Assembly (NCBI RefSeq): GCF_902713615.1
Contig: NC_052169.1
Span: forward strand, 6,412,285-6,476,284
Origin: Scyliorhinus canicula
Lineage: Eukaryota
Reading direction: 5' to 3'
Length of the DNA: 64,000 bases
A model generated the notes under the pieces. The model saw only the letters and a program-made list of their open reading frames with translations. It had not been told where the DNA came from and did no database searches. The position numbers and the translations under genes were made by a program. This document shows, piece after piece, positions 50,471 to 62,197 of the stretch (positions within the stretch are counted from its first letter, which is position 1; each line of letters opens with the position of its first letter).

Positions 50471-50624
50471 CAGATTAGGGACTATTACAGTATTAATATT
50501 GCAATCGTAGCAGCAAACACTCCCAGGCCAAGCAATGTAAATATCATGGCAGTCTACACGGAGTGCATTTCCTACTGCATCACCATGAACATTTCTCTAT
50601 TTCCCACAACAAAGATCCTATTTT

Positions 50625-51192
50625 GTTTAAATTTAGAGTACCAAATTCTTTTTTTCCCAATTAGGGGCAATTTAGTCTGGCCATCCACCTAGCGCGGCAC
50701 GGTAGCATAGTGGTTAGCCCTGTGGCTTCACAACTCCATGATCCCAGGGTCGATTCCCAGCTTGGGTTGCTATCTGTGCGGTCTGCACATTCAGATTTCC
50801 TCCAGGTGCTCTGATTTCCTCCCACAATCCAAAGATGTGCAGGTTAGGTGGATTGGCTCTGCTAAATTGCCATTAGTATCCAAAAAGGTTAGGTTGGGTT
50901 ACAGGGATGGGGTGGAGATGTGGGCTTAATTGGGGCGCTCTTTCCAAAAGCCGATGCAAACTTGATGGGCCGAATGGCCTTCTTCAGCACTGTAATTTCA
51001 TGATTTTCTTTTAAAAATGTTTTTATTATGGGGTAATTTAGCGTGGCCACTCCACCTACCCTGCACATTTTTGGGTTGTGGGGGCGAAACCCACGCAGAC
51101 ACGGGGAGAATGTGCAAACTCCACACGGACAGGTTCGAACCCGGGTTCTCGGCGCCGTGAGGCGGCAGTGCTAACCAGTACGCCACCATGCC
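50625..51192. mobile_element. Cluster of three SINEs abutting the second CpG island
   Basis: Minus fragment 50625-50690, plus HE1 50693-51003, minus short SINE 51020-51192. Confidence 0.75.
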
Positions 51193-51289
51193 GAGCCCCC
51201 CCCACTCCCACTCCCACTCTCACTCCCTCTCTCTCTGTCTCTGTCCCAATCCCCTCCCAGTCTCTGCCCAGCCCTCTCTTTCCCGCCTC

Positions 51290-51930
51290 CAGTTTGAGTG
51301 GGGCGGCCCGCAAGGCCCGTCGGGAAGGGGGACGCGTTGCTTGACAGCGCGCCTGCAACCAAGCCTGCTGGCCGCCATCAGCCCCGCCCCTTGGGCGTGG
51401 AGGGGGCGGGGCTGGCGCCGGCCTTTCTGGTCGCCGATTGGCCGGCGCGGCTGTCGATCAGGGCTGGAGGGGCGGGCACGCTTCTGGCGTGAAGTTTGGT
51501 TGCGCGCCTGTCAACGAGGAGCGGACGCCGCCGCCGTTTTGTTGTCGTTTGATCGCTGAGGCGATCCTGGTTCCCCCCTCCCCCCCCTAATGTGATATTA
51601 AAGGCCGGGTGGGGGTGGCAGGGAAAGGGAAGAGGGAGATGTCCAAGGAGCCGCGGAGCCAGCGGAGGGCGTTTGCGCCGGCGTTTCTGGGCGGCGGCGA
51701 CGGGCGCGAGAGGAGCGGGCAGCGGCTGTCCGGAGCCGGCGTCGAAGCCCGGGACAGGCCCGGGCCCAAAATGGGGCCTGCGGGCGATGAGCGGGAGCGA
51801 TCGGGCAGCGGCAGCTCGGGGTCCTCGTACGGGGGCAAAGGCAAGAGCCCGGCGGGGAGCGGCAGTTCCAAGGTGCGGGGTTGTCGACGCTTCTCTCTCC
51901 CTCTGTCTGTCTGCCTCTCCGGCTGTGGAA
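51290..51930 (+). promoter_or_regulatory. Second CpG island: divergent promoter / first exon of a plus-strand gene (possibly SCAPER)
   Basis: GC boxes at 51381-51390 and 51403-51412, reverse CCAAT (gattgg 51436-51441), high CpG, donor-like AAG|gtgcgg at 51872/3; identity only from human RCN2-SCAPER head-to-head synteny. Confidence 0.6.
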
Positions 51931-52383
51931 ATCAATAGGGCTGCTTGTCATCCATCCCCCTCCTCCTGAATCCACCCGCTCCTGGCAAACAAAAGGAATC
52001 AATCCCCCCACTAAACAAAAGGCACACCAGTGCCCTTCCCTTCCACACCTGACGCCCAGCACCTGAGGAAGCCCATTAATAATATTAATCTTCATTACTG
52101 TCACAATTACATTTACATTAACACTGCAATGAAGTTACTGTGAAGATCCCCTCGTCGCCACACACCGACACCTGTTCGGGTACACCGAGGGAGAATTCAG
52201 AATGTCCAATTCACCTAACCATTCCCGTACCAGCCTCCCCGAACAGGCGGCGGAATGTGGCGACTAGGGGCTTTTCACAGTAACTTCATTGAAGCCTACT
52301 CGTGACAATAAGCGACTTTCAAAATGAAAATCGCTCATTGTCACAAGTAGGCTTGTAACGAGCAGGTTTTTTGCGTCTGGTGG

Positions 52384-52588
52384 CGGGCACGGTGGCACAA
52401 TGGTTAGCGTTGCTGCCTCACGGTGCTGAGGGGCCGGGACCATCCATGTGCAGTTTGCACATTCTCCCTATGCCTGCGTGGGTCTCGCCCCCACATCCCA
52501 AAGATGTGCAGGGTAGGTTGATTGGCCACGCTAAATTGCCCCTTAATTGGAAACAAATTAATTGGGTACTCTAAATTTTTTTAAAAAA
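52384..52588 (+). mobile_element. Short SINE nested in a Rex-tailed SINE cluster (about 52080-52665)
   Basis: Family consensus match. Confidence 0.72.
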
Positions 52589-53199
52589 GTCTTTCGAGAC
52601 TGGTGGAGGAAACCTGGAGCGCCCGGAGGAAAGCCACGCAGACACGGAGAGAACGTGCAGACTCAGTCCATCGCACCTATGCAGGCTCTGGTAACATCTC
52701 GGATCGGGAGCATCTCACTCGGCCCTCTGAGCCTGTTTGCTAAGATCATGGCTGATCTGGTTGTGGTATGAGCTCCATTTGCCTGCCTGCACCCCCCCCC
52801 CCCCCCCCCCCCCAAGCCATAGACTCCTTTGTCTCTAGGAACAGGGACCTTTTCTCCACAAACTACCTTACACCAATCAGTGTTTGTGCAGATTGTGAGG
52901 ATGCCACAGAGATTCCTAGGTTACACTGTTCAAAATTGTACCACTTACACTATCTTTCCATATTAGTTCTCCCAAAGTGCATTACTTCATTCATGTCGAC
53001 ATTGAGCTCTAACTGCCATGCTTTTGCTTATTTCATCACCTGTTTATGTCGCATTGAAATCTTTAACCTTCCTCATCAGTAACTACTTCTTTACCAAGTG
53101 TCAAATCAACTGTAAACGTTTAATGATACTCTGTACAGAGTCTTAAGTTGTTTGTAAACATTGCAAAGAGTAATAGATTTTAAAAAATGTTTTAATTCA

Positions 53200-53530
53200 T
53201 TTACAGGATGTGGGTGTTGCTGGTTAGGCCAGCATTTATTGCCCATCCCTAGATACCCTTCAGAAGTTGACGATAAGTTGCCTTCTTGAACCGCTGCAGT
53301 CTTTCAGGTGTAGGTACACCCACTATACTGTTAGGGAGGGAGTTCCAGGATATTGCCCCAGGAACGGCAATATATTTCCAAGTCAGGGTGATGAGTGACT
53401 TGGAGGGAACCTCCAGGTGGTGGGATTCCCAGATAACTGCTGCTCTTGCCCTTCGAGGTGGTAGCGGTCGTGGGTTTGGAAGGTGATGTCTAAGGAACCT
53501 TGGTGAGTTACTGCCATGCATCTTGTAGAT
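53200..53530 (-). mobile_element. CR1 LINE 3' end
   Basis: SWNSLPNSIVGVPTPERLQRFKKA; tttattgcccatcc tail. Confidence 0.7.
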
Positions 53531-53686
53531 TGGAAACTGCTTTAGGAAACCCAGGAGCAAACAACCCAGTCTGAAAAATATCCATCCACCATCACCTCTG
53601 TCTGCTTCCTGTCATTTTAATTTCATTCCATGAGCTTCGAACAGACTTTGCAACCATAATGCAGTTGTTGGTTAATCATAGTCATC

Positions 53687-54090
53687 ACGGCACGGTGGCA
53701 CAATGGTTAACATTGCTGCCTCTCAGCGCCAGGGGCCCGGATTCAATTTTGACCTTAGGTGACTGTCTGTGTGGAGTTTGCACATTCTTCCTCTGTCTGC
53801 GTGGGTTTCTTCTGGGTGCTCCGGTTTCCTCCCACAATCCAAAGACCTGCAGGTTAGGTTTAAACACTGAATCAGCCTACTAATTCAGGTCTTTTGGCAC
53901 AAATAACTATAAATTTGTCACATGGTTTCAGACTTGCTTTGAAAGGACCATCAGTCCAAAAGTATTGGCTATGCTAAATTGCCCCTGGGTTTTGTTACAG
54001 GGATAGATTGGGGGATTGGGCCTAGATAGGGTGCTCTTTCAGAGGGTTGGTGCAGATGCGATGGGCCGAATGGCCCGCTTCTGCATTAGC
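53687..54090 (+). mobile_element. HE1/V-SINE interrupted at about 53860-53965
   Basis: Head and V core, then the tail resumes at attggctatgctaaattgccc. Confidence 0.72.
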
Positions 54091-54570
54091 GCTTTATTGA
54101 AACAATCAGAACAATCAATCTCTATCAGTTAATGTGCAACAACCATGGACATTTGATGGCGAGCTTTGGGTACAACACGTTCACAACCTCAGGACATCCT
54201 AATAAAACAACCAATGAAGTACTTTTGAAATGTAGTCACTGTTGTAATATAGGAAATGTGACCTCTAATGTACGCACAGCAAGCTCCCATAAACAGCAAT
54301 GTAGTAATGAGCAGGTGACCTGTTTCATAACACATATCACATACCATAAGTCCAAGGTCACCTGTTCCACTTGATGGGCACTTTGGTCATGTGACTGGTT
54401 TTCAAGTTCCAGCCTTGACAGGGAGCATCGGCACGTGATTCTGTGAGCAGCATTTCAGTCCCTGATACATACACCACATCAGCATGGACTTATTTTATTT
54501 TTTAGCTCAAATCCTTCAGTAGGTCTGCTCACCAGGAGCTTGTCTGCCTCCCCAAAACATTCATCTAACC

Positions 54571-54953
54571 CAAACTTTTCCGTGCAAGGGCCACATTCAG
54601 AAATTCATAATTTTAAAGGGCCGCATAGTATATTAAGTAAAATAATTACTTCACCCGGTTATGATTCTGGGCGCCTCATATAGAACATAGAAGTACAGCA
54701 CAGAACAGGCCCTTCGGCCCTCGACGTTGTGCCGAGCAATGATCACCCTACTCAAGTCAACGTATTCGCCCTATACCAGTAAGTAACCCAACAGCCCCCC
54801 CCCCCCCATTAACCTTAAAAAAAATAATTAAAAATTTAAAAAAAAAAATTTTTTTAAAAAAAATTTATTTTTTTAAAAAAATGACTTGGTGGGCCGCATA
54901 AAGACCTTTGGCGGGCCGCATGCGGCCCGCGGGCCGTAGTTTGCCCACCCCTG
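54571..54953. mobile_element. hAT (Charlie-like) MITE containing a SINE-tail fragment
   Basis: Right TIR gtttgcccacccctg, gcggcccgcgggcc subterminal motif, 8-bp TSD atctaacc (54563-54570, 54954-54961); left TIR truncated to caaactt. Confidence 0.8.
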
Positions 54954-55554
54954 ATCTAACCTCTCATCCCCTCCACTCTGCTGGCACATTCATTTTCCCA
55001 TCTTAATTTACCATATCAGTGAAAAACCCTTTAACCATCATGCTTCAGCTCTCTGCATTTTTCTACAAACCCATCTGCTTTGCTCTCTCTTTCACATGTG
55101 CAAAATCCTATCTAAAGTTTTCTCTTTTGCTGCGTGTTTTAGGATTTAATCCTCATTCCCTTGTGAAGTGCCTTTTTAAAATGATTTTGCCAAGCCACTA
55201 TGTATAAATATAAATTATTGTCCACATAATGGGATTAGAGATGGGGATGGTTTAGCACAGTGGGCCAAACAGCTGGCTTGTAGTGCAGAACAAGACCAAT
55301 TCCCGTACCAGCCTCCCCAAACAGGCGACTAGGGGCTTTTCACAGTAACTTCATTGAGGCCTACTTGTGGCAATAAGTTATTATTATTATTACCAGCGGG
55401 AATCACTGGACAGAGGTGTGACATATAATGGTTATGGTACTTGAGTAATCCTGATGCCTGAACTAATAATCCAGACAATGAGGGTTCAGATCCCACCATT
55501 TGATGAGTGTGTAAATTTTAATCCAGTTGAAAGAAAAAGTTTTGGAAATTAAAA

Positions 55555-55945
55555 TTCCACTCCAGAGACTTGAAAACCATAATCTAAGCTGACAGTCCAG
55601 TACTGCGCTCTGGAGGTTCCTGCACTGTCAGGGGTGCCGCCTTTTGGTTGAGATGTTAAACAATGTCTATCCCTCTCGGGTGGATCTAAATGATCCCGCA
55701 GCAATATTTTGAAGAAGAGCAGGGGTTCCTCCCCTGTCTCTTGTCCAATATTTATCCATCAATCAGCATAACAAAAACATCGGGCCATGAGCATATTGGT
55801 GTTTGTGGAAGCTTACTGTGAAAGATTGGCTGTCGCGCCCCTACATTACTCTAGTGGCTATGCTTCTGAAGTACTAAAATGGCCGTAAAGAGCTTTGGGG
55901 TATTCTGATGTGAAAGGTGCTATATAATTGCAAATCCTTTTTGTT
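55555..55945 (+). mobile_element. SacSINE1/Deu-SINE
   Basis: ggtgccgccttttggttgagatgttaaac, gatcccgcagca..gaagaagagcaggg, gtgaaaggtgctatataattgcaa tail. Confidence 0.7.
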
Positions 55946-56903
55946 TATAAACTGATACTTTTGGACTGATGGCCCTTTCAAAGCAAGTCTGAAACCATGT
56001 GACAAATTGGTGCCAAAATACCTCAATTAGTAGGCTTATTCAGTATTTTAACTTAACAGCATTTTATTGCTTTGAAGGATTTAACCAAGGCAACTGAATA
56101 GAAATATCTATATTGTGTTGAAAGATCTTGCATCTAACACCTATTTTAACCTCCGCTAATGAAGTACTTTTAGTGTATAGTTAATGTTGTAACGTAGCAA
56201 TGATATAAATGACAAGATAATCTGTGTTTTTGTAGCATTTGCTGGCTAACTATTGTTGGCCTGGACACCAGGAAAACTTCCTCCTGTTTAAATATTATTA
56301 TGGATTTGTTTCCCGCATGTTCCTGAGAGTGCAGATGGGGCCTAAAATTAACATCTCATCTGCAAGGCTGTGCAGCAGTCCCACACTTAATTATTTGTTC
56401 AAATCTCTGGAGCGGGCTTTGAACCCACAATCTCTGATTTGGCGGTTAGATTGATAGCACCGAGTCATGGCTGATACTTCTTAATTACTGAGGAAGTGCT
56501 GGGAAACGGGGAGTGTTTTATTTGGAGGGGACGAGGCATACTCTTGGTGACCAGTGATTTTAAATATGCGATCAAACTGAGGGATATCAGTGTTGCAAAT
56601 GAGGCACCTAGCGTCAGGCACCATTTATTATGATGCAACCTTGCATTAATAATCTCTGAGCTATTGTAGTTCTGTAGATCAGTGCCGTTAATATTTTCTT
56701 AGGTCACCTTTCTTTGTGTACAAGTTGAATGGTGCTTACTGTCATGATGCTGCTTAATAAAGGCTGCTTGCTTGTGATAATGTAGCCAGTGTCAGGGCAG
56801 CATTGGCCCATGGGGTAACATTCTTGTCTCTGGCTATTGTGGGCCCAAGTCCCCATTCAAAGATTTGAGCACAACATTTAGGCTGTCCCTTCATTGCAGT
56901 ACT

Positions 56904-57114
56904 TACATTTTAAAAAAAAAAAATCTCACCTTTAAAGTGGACAGGGCAAACCCTTAATCCGTCTCATTGCTTGCTCCAAAAAACAATTCAAATTGAAACC
57001 AATTCATGGTCTCTACAAGGGAGACCTACAAGATCCAAGCTGTAAAGAAAAGGCATTGCACTCACCTTGGGCATGATCTGACACTTGATCTTAGCCATAA
57101 GGCCGAGAAGTGAT
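56904..57114 (-). mobile_element. U2 snRNA-derived retroposed element (copy A)
   Basis: Minus strand starts ATCACTTCTCGGCCTTATGGCTAAGATCAAGTGT (U2 nt 1-34), later TTTTTTGGAGCA..GGATTAAGGGTTTGCCCTGTCCACT (U2 Sm site/stem III-like); 12-bp TSD cattgcagtact (56892-56903) / cgttgcagtact (57115-57126). Confidence 0.85.
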
Positions 57115-57189
57115 CGTTGCAGTACTGAAAGATTTTGGTGATGGTGCAGTCTTTTGGCTGAGATGGTAAAGATCACGATATTATTTTTT

Positions 57190-57555
57190 TATTCATTCAA
57201 GGGATGTGGACATTGCTGGCTGGGCCAGCATTTATTGCCCACCCCAGTTGCCCTTGAATTGAGTGGCTTGCTCGGCCATTTCGAAGGGCACTTAAGAGTC
57301 AACCACAGTGCAGTGGGTCTGGAGTCACATGTAGATCAGACCCGGTAAGGATGACAGATTTCCTTCCCTAAAGGGACATTAGTGAAACAGATGGGTTTTT
57401 ACAACAATCGACAATGGTTTCATAGTCACCATTAATTCCAGATTTGTCTTGAATTCAAATTTCACCATCTACCATGATGGTGGGATACGAACCTTGGTCC
57501 CCAGAACATTGCCCTGGGTCTCTGGATTACTAGTCCATTGACAATACCACTACAT
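57190..57555 (-). mobile_element. Older tRNA-SINE with CR1-type tail
   Basis: gtctggagtcacatgtag..cggtaagga..atttccttccc shared with 430-590. Confidence 0.7.
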
Positions 57556-58700
57556 CGAAGAACAGGAGTGTTCTCCCCAATCCTGACTAATTTTCATCCC
57601 AAAACCAACATCACTAAAACAGACCACCTGCTCATATCACATTGCTGATTGTGGGAGCTTGCTGTGTGCATATGACTGTTAATACTTAACAGCTGACTGA
57701 GAAATAGGGCAAAAGGCTGCAGCGAAAAACTTCAGATCCACAAATAATAGAGATCACAGTGGAAAGATGTCACTAAGCTTTGCTCAAGAAGCTTTCTGAG
57801 GATATTAAGTTCAGAATCTTTTCATTTGTAACTTTGGCAATGTCCTGGACTCTTTGTTTCGCATCTTTTTTTCCACTGAGGTATCTGAAGCAAAGTTTAA
57901 TTGGTTTGGGATTGATCTCTCGTGGGGTTGTGTTTTATTAAGTCTGGCACCAAGAGTAGAGCAAAACACAGGAGAACTGCAATCAAGAACATGACCAAGG
58001 GACGTCTGATGGTGCGATGTGAGGGGAAGATGGCTACCGATGGAAAACTGATCTTTTGGCCCCTTTTCTCGCCCGTTGACTGATTCTGAAGCCTCTCGGG
58101 GATCAACTGGAGGTAAGATGGCGAAGATAACTTCTTCCTCTCCGATCACTCCACTAGCGGCCGAGACTCTGACCAGCATTTTGGCGAGTGAGCTTGATGA
58201 ACACTGGCAGAATTTGTCGGTGGATCTTAAAAGATCAATTGAAGAGGCCTTGGCCCCCTTTTGTTTGGCCCTCAATACCACAAGTAAGACCAGCGAAGCT
58301 CATGGAGCCACAATTAAGAGCATGGAGGCGACATTATCGGATCACAACGATTGGATCACCTCTCTGGAGTCCGACCTTGCTTTGGTGGTTGTAGTCAGCA
58401 TATTAAAAGCCAAACTGAATATCCGGAAAACAGATCCAGGAGACAGAACACTTGTACTGTGGGGATACTGGAGGGGACTGAGAGCCGCACCCCTACTGAA
58501 TATTTCTTGAACCTGTTCCACAAGAAGGTGGATGAGGGTGTATTTACATTGTCCCCCAGAATTAGACCGGGCCCATCACTCACTTCGACCTAAGCCTCGT
58601 GCTAGAAATCTGCCTCGCGCATTGATCGTAACATTCCATAGTTTCAAAGAAAAAGAACAGGTTCTTCGATGGGCAATGGAACATCATGATCTCAGGTGGG

Positions 58701-58832
58701 TTCTCCCCGTGTCTGCGTGGGTTTCGCCCCCACAACCCAAAAATGTGCAGAGTAGGTGGATTGGCCACACTAAATTGCCCCTTAATTGGAAAAAATAATT
58801 GGGTAATCTAAATTTAAAAAAAAAAAAAAAAA
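58701..58832 (+). mobile_element. 5'-truncated poly(A) SINE in old L1 ORF1
   Basis: 15-bp TSD atgatctcaggtggg (58686-58700, 58833-58847). Confidence 0.9.
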
Positions 58833-60313
58833 ATGATCTCAGGTGGGAAGGCCACTCCGTTAGGCTGCACTTAGATATGAGTGCAGACCTAGCAAAGAAA
58901 AGAGCTGCTTTTAATGGAGTGAAGTCCATCTTGTATAAGAATGGAGTCAAGTTCAGGATGGTCTATCCAGTTTGCCCCTGAGTAACGTTTTGCGAAAAAG
59001 AGTACTTTGTTGACATGCCGGGAGATGCGGACTCTTTGTTTGACGCTGTTTGATCTGTTTTATGGCTCTGTGGACGGGCACTTTGTATTTTATGTCTTTT
59101 CATGTTCATTGTTTGTGTGTCTTGATACCTTTGGTTAGACTTGAAAGTTCTTTACTATTTGTGTTTATATCAATCCTATTGTTCCCTTTCTCTTTTCATC
59201 CTCGACATTGAGCTCGACATTTAGGCACCAGTATGGCATTGTCCGTTAAATAAGGTTTTATTTTCCAGTTGGAAGTCTCCTTGCTAACAAGGGTGTTCGT
59301 TAACGGGAGTGGTTTTAGAGGTTTTTCTGCAGCTTGTTATAATAGTTTTTAAAAATTAGCTTAGAACGTGTTTAGTTTTATTTTGTTAATTGCATGCTTT
59401 AGGATATGTTATTGTTCGTTGCTGTTTCATTATGGCGGTCTTGGGGTGGGCTGGGTTGTAGTATAGTTCGCTGACCAGCTGTCTGCTGGTTTCCTTTTGT
59501 TGAGTCATTTGACTTGGCTCAGTGGTCATCTTGACTGGAACTTTTTGTTTTACCTATACAGTGCGCCTTGTTTGGTTTCTCTTTTGGGGCATTGCTGACT
59601 CTGGCTGAAGGGCTGGTGGGAGGCTTCCAATCCGTTTGGTTGCCTGTAATGTTAGGGTTTTGAATGGCCCAGCAAAACGGATGAGGGCATTTGCTCATCT
59701 TAAGAGCCTAAACTCTGATATTGTTTCCTTGTGGGAAACCGTGGTGCTTTTTGCAGCTGAAGGATAGGGATTTTTCCTTTTTTTTCACATGCATATCCCC
59801 GCATTGAATTTTTCATTTTAGATAGGTCTTTCCTCCCTTCGGTAGTGGCAGGTGAGTATTCAGCAATTGTTATGTCTGACCATGTCCCACATTTTGTTGA
59901 TCTTTTGCTGGTGTCCGGCCCGCCCAATGCCCGTTTTCAGCAATTGTTATGCCTGACCATGTCCCACATTTTGTTGATCTTTTGCTGGTGTCCGGCCCAC
60001 CCTGGAGATTAGATACTACTTTGCTGGCATTTGTCGGCTTGGTGAAGCGCCGGCTTGGTGAAGGGCCGACCATTATCGGCCAAACACGTAGCCTTTGAAA
60101 TTTTTAACCCCTCCCCTGCACCCGAACCTGAGGTGATTAGATCTCTGGACACTGAAAAAGCATTTGATAAGGTGAAATTGAAATATTTATTGGAGATTCT
60201 CGGGGGATTTGGATTTGGTGATAAATTTGCGTTGTGTATTCACTTGTAGTATAATGTCCCTGCGGCCAGCATTCGCGCACTCTACACTCAAATTACTTCC
60301 CCTTAAATAGGTC

Positions 60314-61113
60314 TGTTGTAGGGAAAAATCCCTTGTGCCAGTGCATTCAAGAGGTCGAGTCTCAAGGCAAGGTTCACGCAGCCAGCTCCTAACAATGGCT
60401 TGACCACGGTGATCTCTCCGATATGCAGACGAGGTTCAATATTTATAGAGAGTACAAGCATTTGCAAGGTTTTGGCGGGCTTTTGCCGTTTTACATTTGA
60501 ATAGTACAGATACATGATTTCCCGGGCTTCCTGACTCTGACGTCAATGTCTCGTTATCTGCTTGGTTTTAATAGGTGTTCCCTTGACTTACAATGGGGTC
60601 CCATTATCTCTATGCTGTACCTTGATTGGGTGTTGAGTGTGGTTCCTGGGTTAACCTGGGAATCTATTGTGTCAGCCTCCTGTTTGATAGGATTTGTGTC
60701 TGTGTGTAAAACTAATCTAATCAATATATTTAATCCTTGGGTTTCTTTTGCGTGCCTGGGTCATTTTGGTTTTACAACATTTCATTTTATAACATTTCAT
60801 TTTATAAGTCTTAGTTTTAATCAAAATATATATATATATATATTTGCCCCACTGTCAGGGTCTTGAATCGCAGATATCCCGATCTTCTGGCCATGGTGCC
60901 GTTTTAAGATGCAGCTTCGTGCTGTTGCTAGGCAGATTATAGATTCTCCATTTCGTTCGAAAAAGGTTTCTCAGCTGTGCAAAAATGGGATTCAAACAAA
61001 TGCCCATCCCTTTACATCATAAATGGTGCCAATCAGTCCAATAAATGAAGAATGCTTTGATAATGTAAATATTAATACGAATCCAATATAGCCTTAAAAA
61101 ATGTCCTACTTCA
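60314..61113. mobile_element. Solo LTR, 800 bp, nested in the old L1 RT region
   Basis: TGTTGTAGG...CCTACTTCA ends, 4-bp TSD ggtc; the L1 RT sequence ([17 protein letters not shown]) is collinear once it is removed. Confidence 0.8.
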
Positions 61114-61687
61114 GGTCTTTAGACAGAGAAGCCCTCTTTCTCTACTTTTGTTCGCCTTGGCAATAGAGCTGCTGTCTGTAGCGTTGAGGGCCTCCAGTAA
61201 ATGGAGGGGTATTAGTCGGGATGGGCTGGAACATCGGGTATCTCTTTATGCAGATGATCTACTTCTATATATTACAGACAGAATCTTCCATCAACAGCAT
61301 AATGAAAACACTTAATACCTTTGGCTTCTTCTCCGCCTGTAAATGAAATTTAGGCACGCGTGAATGTTTTCCGGTTAACCCCCGAAGGGGAGCACAATTA
61401 GGCAATTACCTTTCTGCCTCTCTAATACAAGGTTTTTGCCACATGGGGGGCCCAGATGGCCCACAATTGGGCCTCACCTCCTAAGGTGAATTACACATGC
61501 CTGGTCAATAATGTTAAAACAGACCTACAGAGGTGGAACAACCTTCCTCCACCTCTGGCGGATAAAATTCAAAGAACTATAATTAACGTACATCCTAGGT
61601 TTTTATTTCTCTTTTAATGTCTCCCCATTTTTTGCCCAAATTCCTTTTTGTTAAGGTTAGCAAATTGATATCTGCTTTTATTTGGGC

Positions 61688-62197
61688 CCCGTGTCTAAGG
61701 AAGGATGTGTTGGCCTTGGAAAGGGTCCAGAGGAGGTTCACAAGAATGATCCCTGGAATGAAGAGCTTGTCATATCAGGAACGGTTGAGGACTCTGGATC
61801 TGAGCTCGTTGGAATTTAGAAGGATGAGGGGGAATCTTATTGAAACCTACAGGGTACTGCGAGGCCTGGATAGAGTGGACGTGGAGAGGATGTTTCCATT
61901 TGGAGGAAAAACTAGAACCAGAGGACACAATCTCAGACTAAAGGGACGATCCTTTAAAACAGAGATGAGGAGGAATTTCTGCAGCCAGAGGCTGGTGAAT
62001 CTGCGGAAGGCTGTAGAGGCCAAATCACTGAGTGTCTTTAAGACAGAGATAGATAGGTTCTTGATTAATAAGGGGATCAGGGATTATGGGGAGAAGGCAG
62101 GAGAATGGGGATGAGAAAAATATCAGCCATGATTGAATGGCGGAGCAGACCTGATGGGCCGAATGGCCTAATTTTGCTCCTATGTCTTATGGTCTTC
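61688..62197 (+). mobile_element. CR1/HER1 LINE 3' fragment nested in the old L1
   Basis: KDVLALERVQRRFTRMIPG..TRGHNL; 7-bp TSD tttgggc (61681-61687, 62198-62204). Confidence 0.85.

Noticed and set aside
52715-52770. Third U2-like sequence (ctcggcc..gctaagatca)
   Set aside because: Better explained as a reverse CR1/SINE tail fragment; lacks the shared core and Sm-site region
437-58950. Many short ORFs with recurring peptides (GHCPCGVCTFSPCLRG, VRSLHVLPVSAWVS)
   Set aside because: Translations of SINE copies, not genes
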